Source of the DNA: an uncultured virus (IMG/VR IMGVR_UViG_3300021963_000091)
Taxonomy: Duplodnaviria > Heunggongvirae > Uroviricota > Caudoviricetes
Virus record (IMG/VR): IMGVR_UViG_3300021963_000091
Strand: one strand, 5' to 3'
Length of the DNA stretch: 64,000 nucleotides
The notes under the pieces were generated by a model. The model was given only the letters and a program-made list of their open reading frames with translations, searched no databases and was not told the origin of the DNA. Numbering within the stretch: position 1 is the first letter of the stretch; the number at the start of each line of letters is the position of its first letter. Of the stretch, positions 37,791 through 47,843 are shown in pieces. The position numbers were made by a program, and so were the translations under genes.

Positions 37791-39226
37791 TAGAGATAGA
37801 CTTAGATGATCAAGGTCAAGCGTTTGTTAGAGGTGATATTTTTGATGAGATACGTGAGCACTTTTCCGTAGAAAACCCTGGTGCTAAGTATCAGCGTAGA
37901 TTTAATCGATTTATACCTACCAGACGCTACGCAATTACCCCTACAGGCAGGTGTGATATAGGATTAGTGCCGGAAATTACCAAGTACCTTACAAGTAAAC
38001 CGTATTCAAATAAAATTAACGTATCTATGAGTGTACACGATGTACTCATACCTGCTAGAGTGTGGTATTCTGATGAGTTTACGACGGATCCATATAAGTT
38101 GAGTATCTCATTAAGAGATTATCAGGAGGAGATAGTTAAAAAGTGTCTCGAAATAGGGAGAGGTACAGTTGTTTTGGCTACTGCAGGCGGTAAGACGTTG
38201 ACTATGGCATCGCTAATATCGAGGATATCTACATTTTACTCAGGAGTTAAGGGATTACTTATAGTCCCGGATAGAGGTCTAGTAGAACAGACGTATAATG
38301 ACTTTATAGATTATAAAGTACCGTTTACTATTTCAAAATGGACTGGTGATGACGATTTAAATATATCATCTGATATTATTATAGCTAATCTGAGTATATT
38401 ACAAAGTTGTAAGTCTTCTATTGATTGGATCAGACATATAGATCTGCTGGTTATAGATGAAGTTCATAAACTCCGCCAGGGAAATAAGGTCAATAAGATA
38501 ATAAAAAAGATCAAAACACCGCTCAAATTTGGCTTTACCGGCACTATGCCGGAGGATAAGTTGGACCAGTGGAATATTATAGGTAAAATTGGTCCTATTT
38601 TATATGAGCGGAGTAGTTTTGATTTAAGATCTGAGAATTATATAGCTAATGCTGAGATTATTAAGCTACAGCTAGTACATGCGACTACTTTAAAGGGCTT
38701 TAGTGACAACAAATACCGAAGAGAGGTAGAGTATTTGATCGAAAGCAAGTTTAGAAATGATACGATAGCTAAGCTTGCTAATAAGGTCAGCAATAATATT
38801 CTTATAATGGTAGACTTTATTAGACACGGTGAGACCTTATATGATGTGTGTAAGAATATATGCATTGGCAAGCAAGTCTTCTTTATTTGCGGTGACGTTG
38901 AGTTAGAAGAGAGAGAAAAAATTAAACAGCTAGTAGAGCAGTCGACGAATATTGTCATTATAGCTATATCAAAAATATTTTCTACCGGTATTAATATAAA
39001 AAATCTGCATTATATTGTTTTTGCCGGCGGCGGTAAAGCCAAGGTAAAAGTTGTTCAGTCGATTGGCAGAGGTCTGAGACTGCATAAAGATAAGAGTAGA
39101 CTAATCATTGTTGATATTCAAGATAATTTCAAGTATAGTTTAGCACACGCTGCAAAGCGATCACTACTCTATGAACTCGAAAAGATTAAAAGCTGTACCA
39201 GGGAGCTTAGAGAAGCCAAAAGCTAA
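37787..39226 (+). CDS. uvsW: UvsW-like SF2 helicase
   Basis: LRDYQ, ATAGGKT, IDEVH, GFTGT, FSTGINIKNLH, QSIGRGLR. Confidence 0.93.
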   Translation: MIEIDLDDQGQAFVRGDIFDEIREHFSVENPGAKYQRRFNRFIPTRRYAITPTGRCDIGLVPEITKYLTSKPYSNKINVSMSVHDVLIPARVWYSDEFTTDPYKLSISLRDYQEEIVKKCLEIGRGTVVLATAGGKTLTMASLISRISTFYSGVKGLLIVPDRGLVEQTYNDFIDYKVPFTISKWTGDDDLNISSDIIIANLSILQSCKSSIDWIRHIDLLVIDEVHKLRQGNKVNKIIKKIKTPLKFGFTGTMPEDKLDQWNIIGKIGPILYERSSFDLRSENYIANAEIIKLQLVHATTLKGFSDNKYRREVEYLIESKFRNDTIAKLANKVSNNILIMVDFIRHGETLYDVCKNICIGKQVFFICGDVELEEREKIKQLVEQSTNIVIIAISKIFSTGINIKNLHYIVFAGGGKAKVKVVQSIGRGLRLHKDKSRLIIVDIQDNFKYSLAHAAKRSLLYELEKIKSCTRELREAKS

Positions 39227-39644
39227 AAAAAGGGAACATTACGTTAATGCGAAGATATTTGAAGAGCAGATTGTCGTATTTTATGAAACAGGTAACCTCG
39301 CTGACGTGTTAGCCGAGTCTGTAGTCAAAATTGCAAACGGTCTCAGCTATGCTCCTAATTTTATTAATTATTCCTATAAAGATGACATGATCGGTGATGC
39401 GATTGTTAAGATGTTCTCAGCTCTTAAAAATAAGAAATTCAGACTTAATACAGGCTTCTCTCCTTTCTCCTACTTTACTACAATAGCGTTCCACGCCTTT
39501 ATAAATAGAATAAAAAAGGAAAAGAAGTATCAAAATTCAATTAATGAATTCAGAGAGAAAACTTATTTTGATCTAATGCTACAGGGCAATGTTTACGTTG
39601 ACTCTTCGAGCTCCGATAATGATAGGGATAAGTGGGATGAGTGA
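39171..39644 (+). CDS. gp55: Late-transcription sigma factor (T4 gp55-like)
   Basis: HYVN, IANGLSYAPNFINYSYKDDMIGDA, PFSYFTTIAFHAFINRIKKEKK. Confidence 0.9.
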   Translation: MNSKRLKAVPGSLEKPKAKKREHYVNAKIFEEQIVVFYETGNLADVLAESVVKIANGLSYAPNFINYSYKDDMIGDAIVKMFSALKNKKFRLNTGFSPFSYFTTIAFHAFINRIKKEKKYQNSINEFREKTYFDLMLQGNVYVDSSSSDNDRDKWDE

Positions 39645-40662
39645 CACTAAGGTAGCCATTTTTTCAGACTTACATCTCGGTGTTCACCAGAACTCTTCGT
39701 TTTGGCACGATACCTCTCTTAAATGGTGTGGTTGGTTTATTAACGAGCTGGAGAGAAAAGATATAAAGACTATTTTATTCCTCGGTGATTTCTTTCACTA
39801 TAGAGATGAAGTAGCAGTTAATACCCTTGATGTAGGCTATCAAATATTATCACGACTCAGTAGCTATAATATTATCATGATTCCAGGTAATCATGATAGC
39901 TTTTATAAGGAACACTCCGCAGTAAATTCTCTTAATATATTTAGTGGGTGGAAGAATCTCCAGGTGATTGTAGAGCCGACTGTAATTCAATTTGGTAATA
40001 AATCAGCTGCGTTTATACCTTGGGGCGGTGCAGTCGATTCTAAAACGGATTATCTGTTTGGTCATTTTGAAATTAACTCCTTCAGGATGAATGGGGTCAA
40101 GGTGTGCGAGAAGGGACGAGATGCATTTAGCTTGCTCGATAAATCGAAAAAAATCTTTTCTGGTCATTTCCATTTAAGAGATCGTAGACAATATGAAAAC
40201 GGGACCATTACATACGTAGGCAATCCATTTGAAATGGATTTTGGTGACAGCGGCGACACTAAGGGTGTATATTTTCTTGATTTCAGTACAGATGAGCTCT
40301 CATTTATAGAGAATACGCAGTCACCTAAGCATATTCGACTGCTTACTTCTGAGATTACGTCTGAAAAGTATCTTAATAATGCTAAGGTAGAGGGTAACAT
40401 TATTAAGCTCGTAGTAGATAAGAAGATTAATGTAGACAATGTCGAGTGTTTACTAGCTCAAATTGCAACATTAACACCTGCTTCTGCTTCGGTTGATTAT
40501 CTTATCGATTCAAATCATATAGATATAATAGAGAATGCTCCTTGTACTATTACTGGCGTAAACATGGAAAGTGTTATAGAGGAGTTTATAAATTTAATTG
40601 AAATCGATGATAAGCAAGACCTTTATACCAAATGCATCGATATATACAATCAATGTAAATGA
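39637..40662 (+). CDS. gp47: Recombination endonuclease subunit (gp47/Mre11-like)
   Basis: SDLHLG, LGDFF, PGNHD, GHFE, SGHFH, YVGNP. Confidence 0.93.
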   Translation: MSDTKVAIFSDLHLGVHQNSSFWHDTSLKWCGWFINELERKDIKTILFLGDFFHYRDEVAVNTLDVGYQILSRLSSYNIIMIPGNHDSFYKEHSAVNSLNIFSGWKNLQVIVEPTVIQFGNKSAAFIPWGGAVDSKTDYLFGHFEINSFRMNGVKVCEKGRDAFSLLDKSKKIFSGHFHLRDRRQYENGTITYVGNPFEMDFGDSGDTKGVYFLDFSTDELSFIENTQSPKHIRLLTSEITSEKYLNNAKVEGNIIKLVVDKKINVDNVECLLAQIATLTPASASVDYLIDSNHIDIIENAPCTITGVNMESVIEEFINLIEIDDKQDLYTKCIDIYNQCK

Positions 40663-42482
40663 AAAAAGTTATCTTTAAGCAGATTAAAATTAGAAACTTC
40701 CTGTCCATAGGGGAAGACCCGGTATTAGTTAGATTTAATACCGGTCTTAATGTTATTACTGGTAATAATCGCGATAAGGAAGATCGGCGAAACGGTGTAG
40801 GTAAATCTACAATTGCAGATGCAATTAACTTTGCTATATTCGGCTCAACTCTACGGGATATTAAAAATGAAAATATCGTAAATGATTCAACGTCAGGTAG
40901 CTGTGAGGTGATTTTAGAGTTTAGTATTGAAACCGGGGGCAAAATCAGAGAGATTAAAATTATAAGGTCTCTTAACCCGTCAGCAATACATCTACACATC
41001 GACAATGTAGATAAAACTCTCGATTCTATTGGCAATAATAATGAATGTATATCCAAGCTTTTAAATTGTACACAGGAGGTATTTGATAATTGTGTTATTA
41101 TGACGCTTAATAACACAATTCCGTTCATGGGAAAGAAGAAACAGGATAAGAGAAAATTTATTGAAAATATTTTTAATCTCGGGGTGTTTAGTAAGATGCT
41201 TACTAAGGCCAAGGATGAGTATTCTCAATGCAAAAAGGATTTCGATATACAGAGTAGCAAGTTAGGTGAAAATATTTCTACCCTATCTACTATAAAAGCA
41301 CAGCAGTTATCGTTTAACGATCGTAAAAAGGTAAAAATATCTCAACTAGAGGCTAAGATAGCAGGTTTAATAGCGACTCAAAAGACCCTTACGGCTATCT
41401 ACGAAAAGCTTGAGAGTATTGATTTTAATAGTAAAAAAAGCGAAATACAGGCTCGAATACAAGATCTTTTAGCTAAGAAGATTGTAGAGGATACTAAAAT
41501 ATCGACGCTTATAGTAACAATTGCTACACTTGCAGTTGAAAGTTCGGGCCGTGAAAAGACACTATTCAAAATTGCAGGTAATATCGACGAATGCCCGGTT
41601 TGTCTTCGTATAATTAGCGGTAATGATAAGTCTCATATAGACAGTGAAAAAAAGAGAATTACAGATGAAGTTGCTAATTTAAAATGTAATACAGTTACCG
41701 CAAATAATGATAAAAAGGCATGTCTCGATCAAAAAACCGTGTATGACACAGAGGTATCTAAAGAAAACATTAAAATCTTTAATATTGATAAGCTTCAGCG
41801 GCAGAGTGCAGATACAAAACAGCTACTCGATAACAATCAATCTTCAATTAAACTGCTACAGGACCAGATAACCGATACTATAACAGAAACCGCATCATAT
41901 GATACTGTTATTAGTGAACTAGAAGCAAAAATACTGGTAGTAACTGAATATATTAACGGGTTAAAATCTACTCTGCAGCTGCTAGATCGGGTTAAGTTTG
42001 TACTATCAGAGGAGGGAGTTAAGTCTTATCTGATAAAGCGAATTCTAGATGTACTCAACAACAGACTCAGTTACTATCTCAAAAAACTAGATGCAAATTG
42101 CTCGTGTGTCTTTAATGAGTACTTCGAGGAGTTAATTATTAATGATAAGAATAAACCGTGTTCATACTTTAATTTCTCAGGCGCTGAGAGAAAAAATATA
42201 GACTTAGCGTGCTTATTTACTTTTATGGATATTCGCCGTTTGCAAGGCGATGTAACGTTTAACATCAGCATCTACGATGAATTACTAGATTCTAGTTTAG
42301 ACGAGAGAGGGATCGAGCTAGTTATAGATATTCTCCGGGAGCGGGTTGAGACTTATGCAGAGTCTATATTCATCATTAGTCACCGTAAGGAGAGTGCTCG
42401 ATTTGTAACCGGCGAAATTGTAATGCTCGAAAAATTTAACGGTATTACGCGACGAGTTGATTTCAAGCCTGATAGTAATTAA
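40659..42482 (+). CDS. gp46: Recombination ATPase (gp46/Rad50-like)
   Basis: RNFLSIG, NGVGKST, CPVC hook, FSGAE, DELLDSSLD, ISH. Confidence 0.95.
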   Translation: MKKVIFKQIKIRNFLSIGEDPVLVRFNTGLNVITGNNRDKEDRRNGVGKSTIADAINFAIFGSTLRDIKNENIVNDSTSGSCEVILEFSIETGGKIREIKIIRSLNPSAIHLHIDNVDKTLDSIGNNNECISKLLNCTQEVFDNCVIMTLNNTIPFMGKKKQDKRKFIENIFNLGVFSKMLTKAKDEYSQCKKDFDIQSSKLGENISTLSTIKAQQLSFNDRKKVKISQLEAKIAGLIATQKTLTAIYEKLESIDFNSKKSEIQARIQDLLAKKIVEDTKISTLIVTIATLAVESSGREKTLFKIAGNIDECPVCLRIISGNDKSHIDSEKKRITDEVANLKCNTVTANNDKKACLDQKTVYDTEVSKENIKIFNIDKLQRQSADTKQLLDNNQSSIKLLQDQITDTITETASYDTVISELEAKILVVTEYINGLKSTLQLLDRVKFVLSEEGVKSYLIKRILDVLNNRLSYYLKKLDANCSCVFNEYFEELIINDKNKPCSYFNFSGAERKNIDLACLFTFMDIRRLQGDVTFNISIYDELLDSSLDERGIELVIDILRERVETYAESIFIISHRKESARFVTGEIVMLEKFNGITRRVDFKPDSN

Positions 42483-42491
42483 CTAATTTAA

Positions 42492-43733
42492 ATGTTCACT
42501 TCACCTCCACCTTTTCAGCAGAACCCGTTCCAGTCGCCCTTTAATAGGCAGCCGCACGGCATAGCACTTCCGCAAGTACCCGCGCCGCAGGCTGCACTTG
42601 CTATGCCGGAGATGAATCTTGATCGAGCTTTGAACTATTACGCAGACTACTCAGGTTGCGGCTTCTGGAGAATGATCTGGCCGGAGCATATGTTAAATGC
42701 TCACCAAAAGATTATCATGCATGGCTCCACGGTCATGAATTTCGATGAGCGGTATTTTGCAAATATTAAAGCGGTTAGAATTCAGCGTCAAGCTACTGAG
42801 CATCAGCGAGATTTTGTTAAATTTCTCAGACAACTTGCAAATAAGTTTAACTTTCGCATTATATATGAAATTGATGACATCATATTTAGTGAAGATATCC
42901 CCGAGTATAATAAGTTTAAACCGGCATTTACAAATCCTAAGATTAGAGAGGTATCTCAGGAAATCATGAAGATGTGTGATGAGATTACAGTTACATGTGA
43001 TTTTATGAGAGACTACTACATGAGTAAGACCGGTAATACTAAGGTTACAGTTATACCGAATTTCCCTCCTGAGTTTTGGTTAGGTAGATTTTATAAGGTT
43101 AACCAAGTCAAAGACAATTATCGTAAGTTTTGCTCTGGTAAACAAGCGAAGCCGAGAATACTGTACCCTGGCAGCGGAGCTCATTTCGATGTTGAAAATA
43201 GAGTAAAGCAAAATGACGACTTCGCTCATGTAAGAGATGTTATAGCCAAGACAGTAGACAAGTATCAGTGGGTATTTCTCGGTGGGTTTCCGTTACCGTT
43301 ACAGCATCTTGTTAAATCGGGTAAGATTGAATTTCATGCATGGAAGAGGCTATACGAGTATCCTCAGATGATTCACGATCTAAATACAAATATAATGGTA
43401 GCTCCTTTACAGGATAATAACTTTAATAGAGCAAAGAGTGATCTGAAGTATATCGAAGCAGGTTGTTTTGGTTTACCAGCAGTATGTCAGGATATAGATA
43501 CCTATAAAAACGCTCCTATTAGATTCAAAACCGGTGACGAGATGATTGATCAAATTGATAAGTTAGTTAAATCGCCGACTGATTATTATAGCCAGAGCTC
43601 TAGAGCTCGTGGGGTAGCTGCAGCTAGATTCCTTGAAATAGATTCCAATATAGACTGCTACAAAGAGTTATATACACTTCCCTACGGGGATAGCGGACGA
43701 GTAAATTTGTCACGATATAATAAAACAACTTGA
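42492..43733 (+). CDS. GT-B-like glycosyltransferase adjacent to DNA polymerase
   Basis: ADYSGCGFWR, YEIDD, VIPN, APLQDNNFNRAKSDLKYIEAG. Confidence 0.8.
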   Translation: MFTSPPPFQQNPFQSPFNRQPHGIALPQVPAPQAALAMPEMNLDRALNYYADYSGCGFWRMIWPEHMLNAHQKIIMHGSTVMNFDERYFANIKAVRIQRQATEHQRDFVKFLRQLANKFNFRIIYEIDDIIFSEDIPEYNKFKPAFTNPKIREVSQEIMKMCDEITVTCDFMRDYYMSKTGNTKVTVIPNFPPEFWLGRFYKVNQVKDNYRKFCSGKQAKPRILYPGSGAHFDVENRVKQNDDFAHVRDVIAKTVDKYQWVFLGGFPLPLQHLVKSGKIEFHAWKRLYEYPQMIHDLNTNIMVAPLQDNNFNRAKSDLKYIEAGCFGLPAVCQDIDTYKNAPIRFKTGDEMIDQIDKLVKSPTDYYSQSSRARGVAAARFLEIDSNIDCYKELYTLPYGDSGRVNLSRYNKTT

Positions 43734-43757
43734 GGCTGTGAGAGAAAAAGATATAAT
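43730..43757 (+). promoter_or_regulatory. Sigma70-type promoter TTGAGG-N16-TATAAT for DNA polymerase
   Basis: Perfect -10, 6 nt before ATG at 43764. Confidence 0.7.
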
Positions 43758-43763
43758 TAGACA

Positions 43764-46349
43764 ATGTACAGGAATGCGGTCTATTTATATAAAGAGCAGA
43801 CGATGCGGGTATTTACCTGGGATGATGCTGGGAAACGCATTACTTATGATTCAACGTTTGAACCATACATTTACCTCGAAACTGCATCTAATCCCACCGC
43901 TACTAGCATTTTTAATACCGGCTTAAAAAAGATTTCGTTTAGAAATCACTTCGATAAGAACAAGTTCCTCAAGAACGGTAGCACTAAGAGAGTATTCGAA
44001 AATTTACCTACAGTTCAGCAATTTCTCGTAGATACTTACTGGGAAACTAACGAAACACCTGACCTTTTTAAGCACCCTATTAAGGTCTATTTTTTGGATA
44101 TAGAAACCTATTCTCCTGATGGCTTCCCGAATATTGATGAACCGCAGCACGAGATAAACGTGATTACAGTATACGATACTGTCAATAAAACGTTTATAAC
44201 ATGGGGATTAAAGGGAGATTATACACCGAATAATAATCAAACAGTTTACGTTAAATGTAAGTCAGAGGCCGAGTTACTTACAAAATTTATCGAATTTATT
44301 GAACAGGATTACCCGGATATATTATCGGGTTGGAATAGCGAATTCTTCGATATTCCATACATTATCAATAGAATAAACAAGATATTGGGCGCAAATACCG
44401 CAAACCGGTTATCGCCGGTAGGTAATGTTTTCTTTAGAACTGTCATGGGTAAGTTTGGTAAGGAGCAAAATAGATACTATATTGACGGTATATCCTGTAT
44501 TGACTATCTCGATATTTATAAGCGGTTTTGTATGGCTCAGCGTGATAGCTATAAGCTTGACTCTATCGGTGAAACTGAGTTAGGTGAGCGTAAGGTGGAC
44601 TATGGTGATCTGGATCTTTTTGAGTTAGCAGATTCTAACTGGCAGACCTTTGTTGACTATAACATTCAAGATGTTAATCTACTTGTTCGACTAGAAGAGA
44701 AGCTTAGGTATCTAGAACTTCTCAGAATGCTTGCATACGCCGGGTGTGCAACTTTTGAGGCTGCCTTGGGCTCGCTCTCTATTATTACTGGATTGTGTGC
44801 AATTAAAGCACGGCACAAGAAGTTGAAAATGCCTACATTTATCAGGGAACCTAGTGACGGTAAGAACGAGGGGGCGTATGTCAGTGAGCCTCAAAAAGGA
44901 TTTCAACAGCACATCATATCGTTTGATGCGAACAGTCTATACCCTAACGTGATGATTTCGTTAAATCTCTCACCAGAGACTAAGATAGGGAGAATTACTA
45001 GTAAGTCAGCAGAGGAAATTTCAATACAGCACGTAAACGGTCAGACGTTTACCTTGACCCCGGCAAAGTTCTTAAAGTTTATTGAAAGTGAAAAAATATC
45101 TATATCAAAGGCAATGGTTCTATTTTCGCAAAAGAAGCAAGGCATTGTACCTGAAATTGTAGATTCATATTATCAACGAAGAGTAGAAATTAAGAGGAAG
45201 TTAAAGAAAGCACAAAATGCTATTCAAGAGATTGCAAAGGATGCTCCTGAGTATAAAGAACTGAAAAATAAAATCGATTATCTTAATATACAGCAGCACA
45301 CTATTAAGATTCTAATAAACTCTATTTACGGATACTTCGGCAATAAACAAGCTGCTCTCGGTGATGATGACATTGCGCGGTCTATTACTTTAACCGGTCA
45401 AGCGGTGATTAAGCACTCTAACGAGTTGTTGACGAGTTTTATTAAGGAACACGGTAACCTAACTGACGAGCAGCTTAAGACATATTCACCGATTATATAC
45501 AATGATACAGACAGTTCGTACGTCTCTATCAGCAAGATAGTGGAGCATAAGAATATAACTCTAACTCGTCCGAACGGTAAAATTACTAAAGAATATTACG
45601 AAGTTGTTCAGCAAATTGAGGATCATCTCAACGAGGGAATTAAGATCTGGGGGGTAAAGGTACTGAAATCTACCGATTGTAGATTTATTTTTAAGCGTGA
45701 AGCTATTGCAGATGCGGGGCTTTTTTTACAAAAGAAAAGGTACGTAATTCACATGCTCGACGATGAAGGTATTCCGTGTAATAAGTTTAAGTACACGGGG
45801 GTCGAGGTAGTTAGAACAACGATGCCTAAGCCTATTAAGCCGTATGTGAAGAAGATTATTGAAACCATGTTGATGACTAGAGATCAACAAAAGACTAACA
45901 AAGTCTTTAATGAGACGTACGAGATATTTAAAAATCTACCGGTTGAGGATATATCGTTTGTTATGGGTATTAAGGGATACGATACGTATGCATCTAAGTG
46001 CACTAACTTCACTACTGCCAAGGGAATGCCTATTCACGTGAAGGCAGCATACTTTCATAATAAGCTTCTAGAGAGGTTTAACTTAACAACATCTTACGAA
46101 AAGATCGGTACCGGCGATAAGATTAGGTATTTCTATCTCAAGCAGCCTAATAAATTCGGATTAAGTGTAGCAGGGTACAAGTACTACTACCCCAAGGAGT
46201 TCAGCGAGGTACTCGAACCCGACAAGGAGAAGATGTTTGAAAAGATAGTCTACTCTGTTACAGAGAGATTCTACGATGCTGTAGGGTGGAAGGTAAAGTC
46301 GCCTTCCATGATAGCTCAGACAGACTTGTTCAGTCTGTTAGGTTTTTAA
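43764..46349 (+). CDS. gp43: Family B DNA polymerase (T4 gp43-like)
   Basis: DIET, GWNSEFFD, YNIQDV, SFDANSLYP, KILINSIYG, YNDTDS, KKRY. Confidence 0.97.
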   Translation: MYRNAVYLYKEQTMRVFTWDDAGKRITYDSTFEPYIYLETASNPTATSIFNTGLKKISFRNHFDKNKFLKNGSTKRVFENLPTVQQFLVDTYWETNETPDLFKHPIKVYFLDIETYSPDGFPNIDEPQHEINVITVYDTVNKTFITWGLKGDYTPNNNQTVYVKCKSEAELLTKFIEFIEQDYPDILSGWNSEFFDIPYIINRINKILGANTANRLSPVGNVFFRTVMGKFGKEQNRYYIDGISCIDYLDIYKRFCMAQRDSYKLDSIGETELGERKVDYGDLDLFELADSNWQTFVDYNIQDVNLLVRLEEKLRYLELLRMLAYAGCATFEAALGSLSIITGLCAIKARHKKLKMPTFIREPSDGKNEGAYVSEPQKGFQQHIISFDANSLYPNVMISLNLSPETKIGRITSKSAEEISIQHVNGQTFTLTPAKFLKFIESEKISISKAMVLFSQKKQGIVPEIVDSYYQRRVEIKRKLKKAQNAIQEIAKDAPEYKELKNKIDYLNIQQHTIKILINSIYGYFGNKQAALGDDDIARSITLTGQAVIKHSNELLTSFIKEHGNLTDEQLKTYSPIIYNDTDSSYVSISKIVEHKNITLTRPNGKITKEYYEVVQQIEDHLNEGIKIWGVKVLKSTDCRFIFKREAIADAGLFLQKKRYVIHMLDDEGIPCNKFKYTGVEVVRTTMPKPIKPYVKKIIETMLMTRDQQKTNKVFNETYEIFKNLPVEDISFVMGIKGYDTYASKCTNFTTAKGMPIHVKAAYFHNKLLERFNLTTSYEKIGTGDKIRYFYLKQPNKFGLSVAGYKYYYPKEFSEVLEPDKEKMFEKIVYSVTERFYDAVGWKVKSPSMIAQTDLFSLLGF

Positions 46350-46368
46350 ATTATTCAATCTACTACTA

Positions 46369-47331
46369 TTAAAGCCAATAATCAGCGTTCTTTCGAACAG
46401 CTCGCTGCTCAGAAGCTCGCTTCTTAGCAGCGGTCTTTTGAGCAGCGAGCTGAGCTCGCTGCTCAGCAGCGAGCTTCTTAGCAGCGAGCTGCTGAGCAGC
46501 GAGCTGCTGAGCAGCGAGCTTCTTAGCAGCGAGCTTCTGAGCAGCGGTCTCCGGATCAGCTGTCTGACCAGCGGCTACCACCTGAGCTGCGGCCGGATCT
46601 TGAGTTGCGGCCTGGTCTTGCTGGAAATAATCGCCAGGGTTCGGCATATTGCCATTAAGGACTGCGTCTCGCTTGTTTATAGATACCGGAGTGGCGGGTT
46701 CACCAGCTCCAGGTGTAGCTCCAGCTCCAGCTTTAGGTACAGTTGCAGTTACAGGTACAGTTGCAGGTGCAGTTGCAGTTGCAGGTGCAGGTGCAGTTGC
46801 AGTTGCAGGTGCAGGTGCAGTTGCAGGTGCAGTTGCAGGTGCAGTTGCAGGTGCGGTTGCAGTTGTAGGCTCAGTAGGCGGTTTAGCTGCAAACGGGTTA
46901 GCGACAGGTGCTGGTGTAGCTAACTTATTAATAGCTGTTTTAAATCCGGTATCAATTGAATCAAGTCCGTTAGTAAGCTGGGCAGTATCTATTGAAGCAT
47001 TTATACCCAGCCCCTTCAAGTCTGAGTCAATTTCATTACGCAAAGATTTAACCTTGGCAGCAACTGATTGTCGATATGACTGTAATTTTGCGATATCACC
47101 CGCCGTGGCGCCCGCAGCTCTTTGTTGTGTCGCGGCGTTAACGCCGGCTACATTGCCTGTAGCGCCAGCCATTGCACCGCGAACAGTACCTGCAGCTCGG
47201 TCACCGAGTCCTCCAAGTGCTCCGAGAGCTTGTGATCCCCGTGCCTTTAGTCGATCCCAAGCGCCTTCTCTAACCTGAGAGTACGCCTCAGTTAAACACC
47301 TTGTATCATTACCTTTATATTGACTAGACAT
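46369..47331 (-). CDS. Ala/Pro/Thr-rich low-complexity late protein, candidate internal protein
   Basis: Start MSSQ; LTEAYSQVREGAWDRLKA; TAAATA at 47343-47348. Confidence 0.75.
   Translation of the reverse strand: MSSQYKGNDTRCLTEAYSQVREGAWDRLKARGSQALGALGGLGDRAAGTVRGAMAGATGNVAGVNAATQQRAAGATAGDIAKLQSYRQSVAAKVKSLRNEIDSDLKGLGINASIDTAQLTNGLDSIDTGFKTAINKLATPAPVANPFAAKPPTEPTTATAPATAPATAPATAPAPATATAPAPATATAPATVPVTATVPKAGAGATPGAGEPATPVSINKRDAVLNGNMPNPGDYFQQDQAATQDPAAAQVVAAGQTADPETAAQKLAAKKLAAQQLAAQQLAAKKLAAEQRAQLAAQKTAAKKRASEQRAVRKNADYWL
46423..46545. repeat. 15-bp coding repeats (AAQKL/AAKKL/AAQQL)
   Basis: gcagcgagc core repeated at a 15-nt period. Confidence 0.9.
46733..46866. repeat. 6/12-bp coding repeats (AP/AT dipeptides)
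   Basis: tgcagt/tgcagg units. Confidence 0.9.
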
Positions 47332-47391
47332 ATTTGTATAAATATTTATGCTCAATAGTTGAACTTATACCAAATTAATGTATATATTTAC

Positions 47392-47736
47392 ATGGCACAA
47401 ACCAAAATTGTAACATTTCTCGACAACACCGGCAGAATTATTCACGGCGCGTACGTGAGTGAGACTGATACACATCTATCTGTATCTGATCCTGCGCAAA
47501 TCTACGTACAGCCGACTCAAAACGGACAACTGAATGTACAGAGTATTCCTTTGTTCTTTAAGGAATTCGTTAAAAATGTAGATCCTGTTGTTTGGACCTT
47601 TAATAAGGCTAATATTACTACTAGCCCTAATCTCGAGCTAGACGATCGGCTTATTGTGCAGTATCAAAACATCCTGACTAAACCAGCAGTCCAGCCTGCT
47701 ACGGAAGCTAAGGTTATCAAGCTATTCGAAGACTGA
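47392..47736 (+). CDS. Hypothetical protein, possible Sm-like fold
   Basis: IVTFLD..GR.I.G, VSDPA, KVIKLFED; followed by a terminator. Confidence 0.7.
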   Translation: MAQTKIVTFLDNTGRIIHGAYVSETDTHLSVSDPAQIYVQPTQNGQLNVQSIPLFFKEFVKNVDPVVWTFNKANITTSPNLELDDRLIVQYQNILTKPAVQPATEAKVIKLFED

Positions 47737-47778
47737 GCTCTTCGGGTGTAGTTAATATTCTTAACTTTAAAGATTGTT

Positions 47779-47811
47779 AAAAGAGAAGCCACAAGGCTTC
47801 TCTTTTTTTTT
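47779..47811 (+). terminator. Rho-independent terminator
   Basis: aaaagagaagcc-acaa-ggcttctctttt stem followed by a T tract. Confidence 0.9.
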
Positions 47812-47843
47812 GATTTAATATAATTATACGTTATACTTCATAT

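Noticed and set aside
46438..47278. Plus-strand ORFs of 161 and 209 aa
   Set aside because: Antisense shadows of the repeat-rich minus-strand gene, which has the late promoter.
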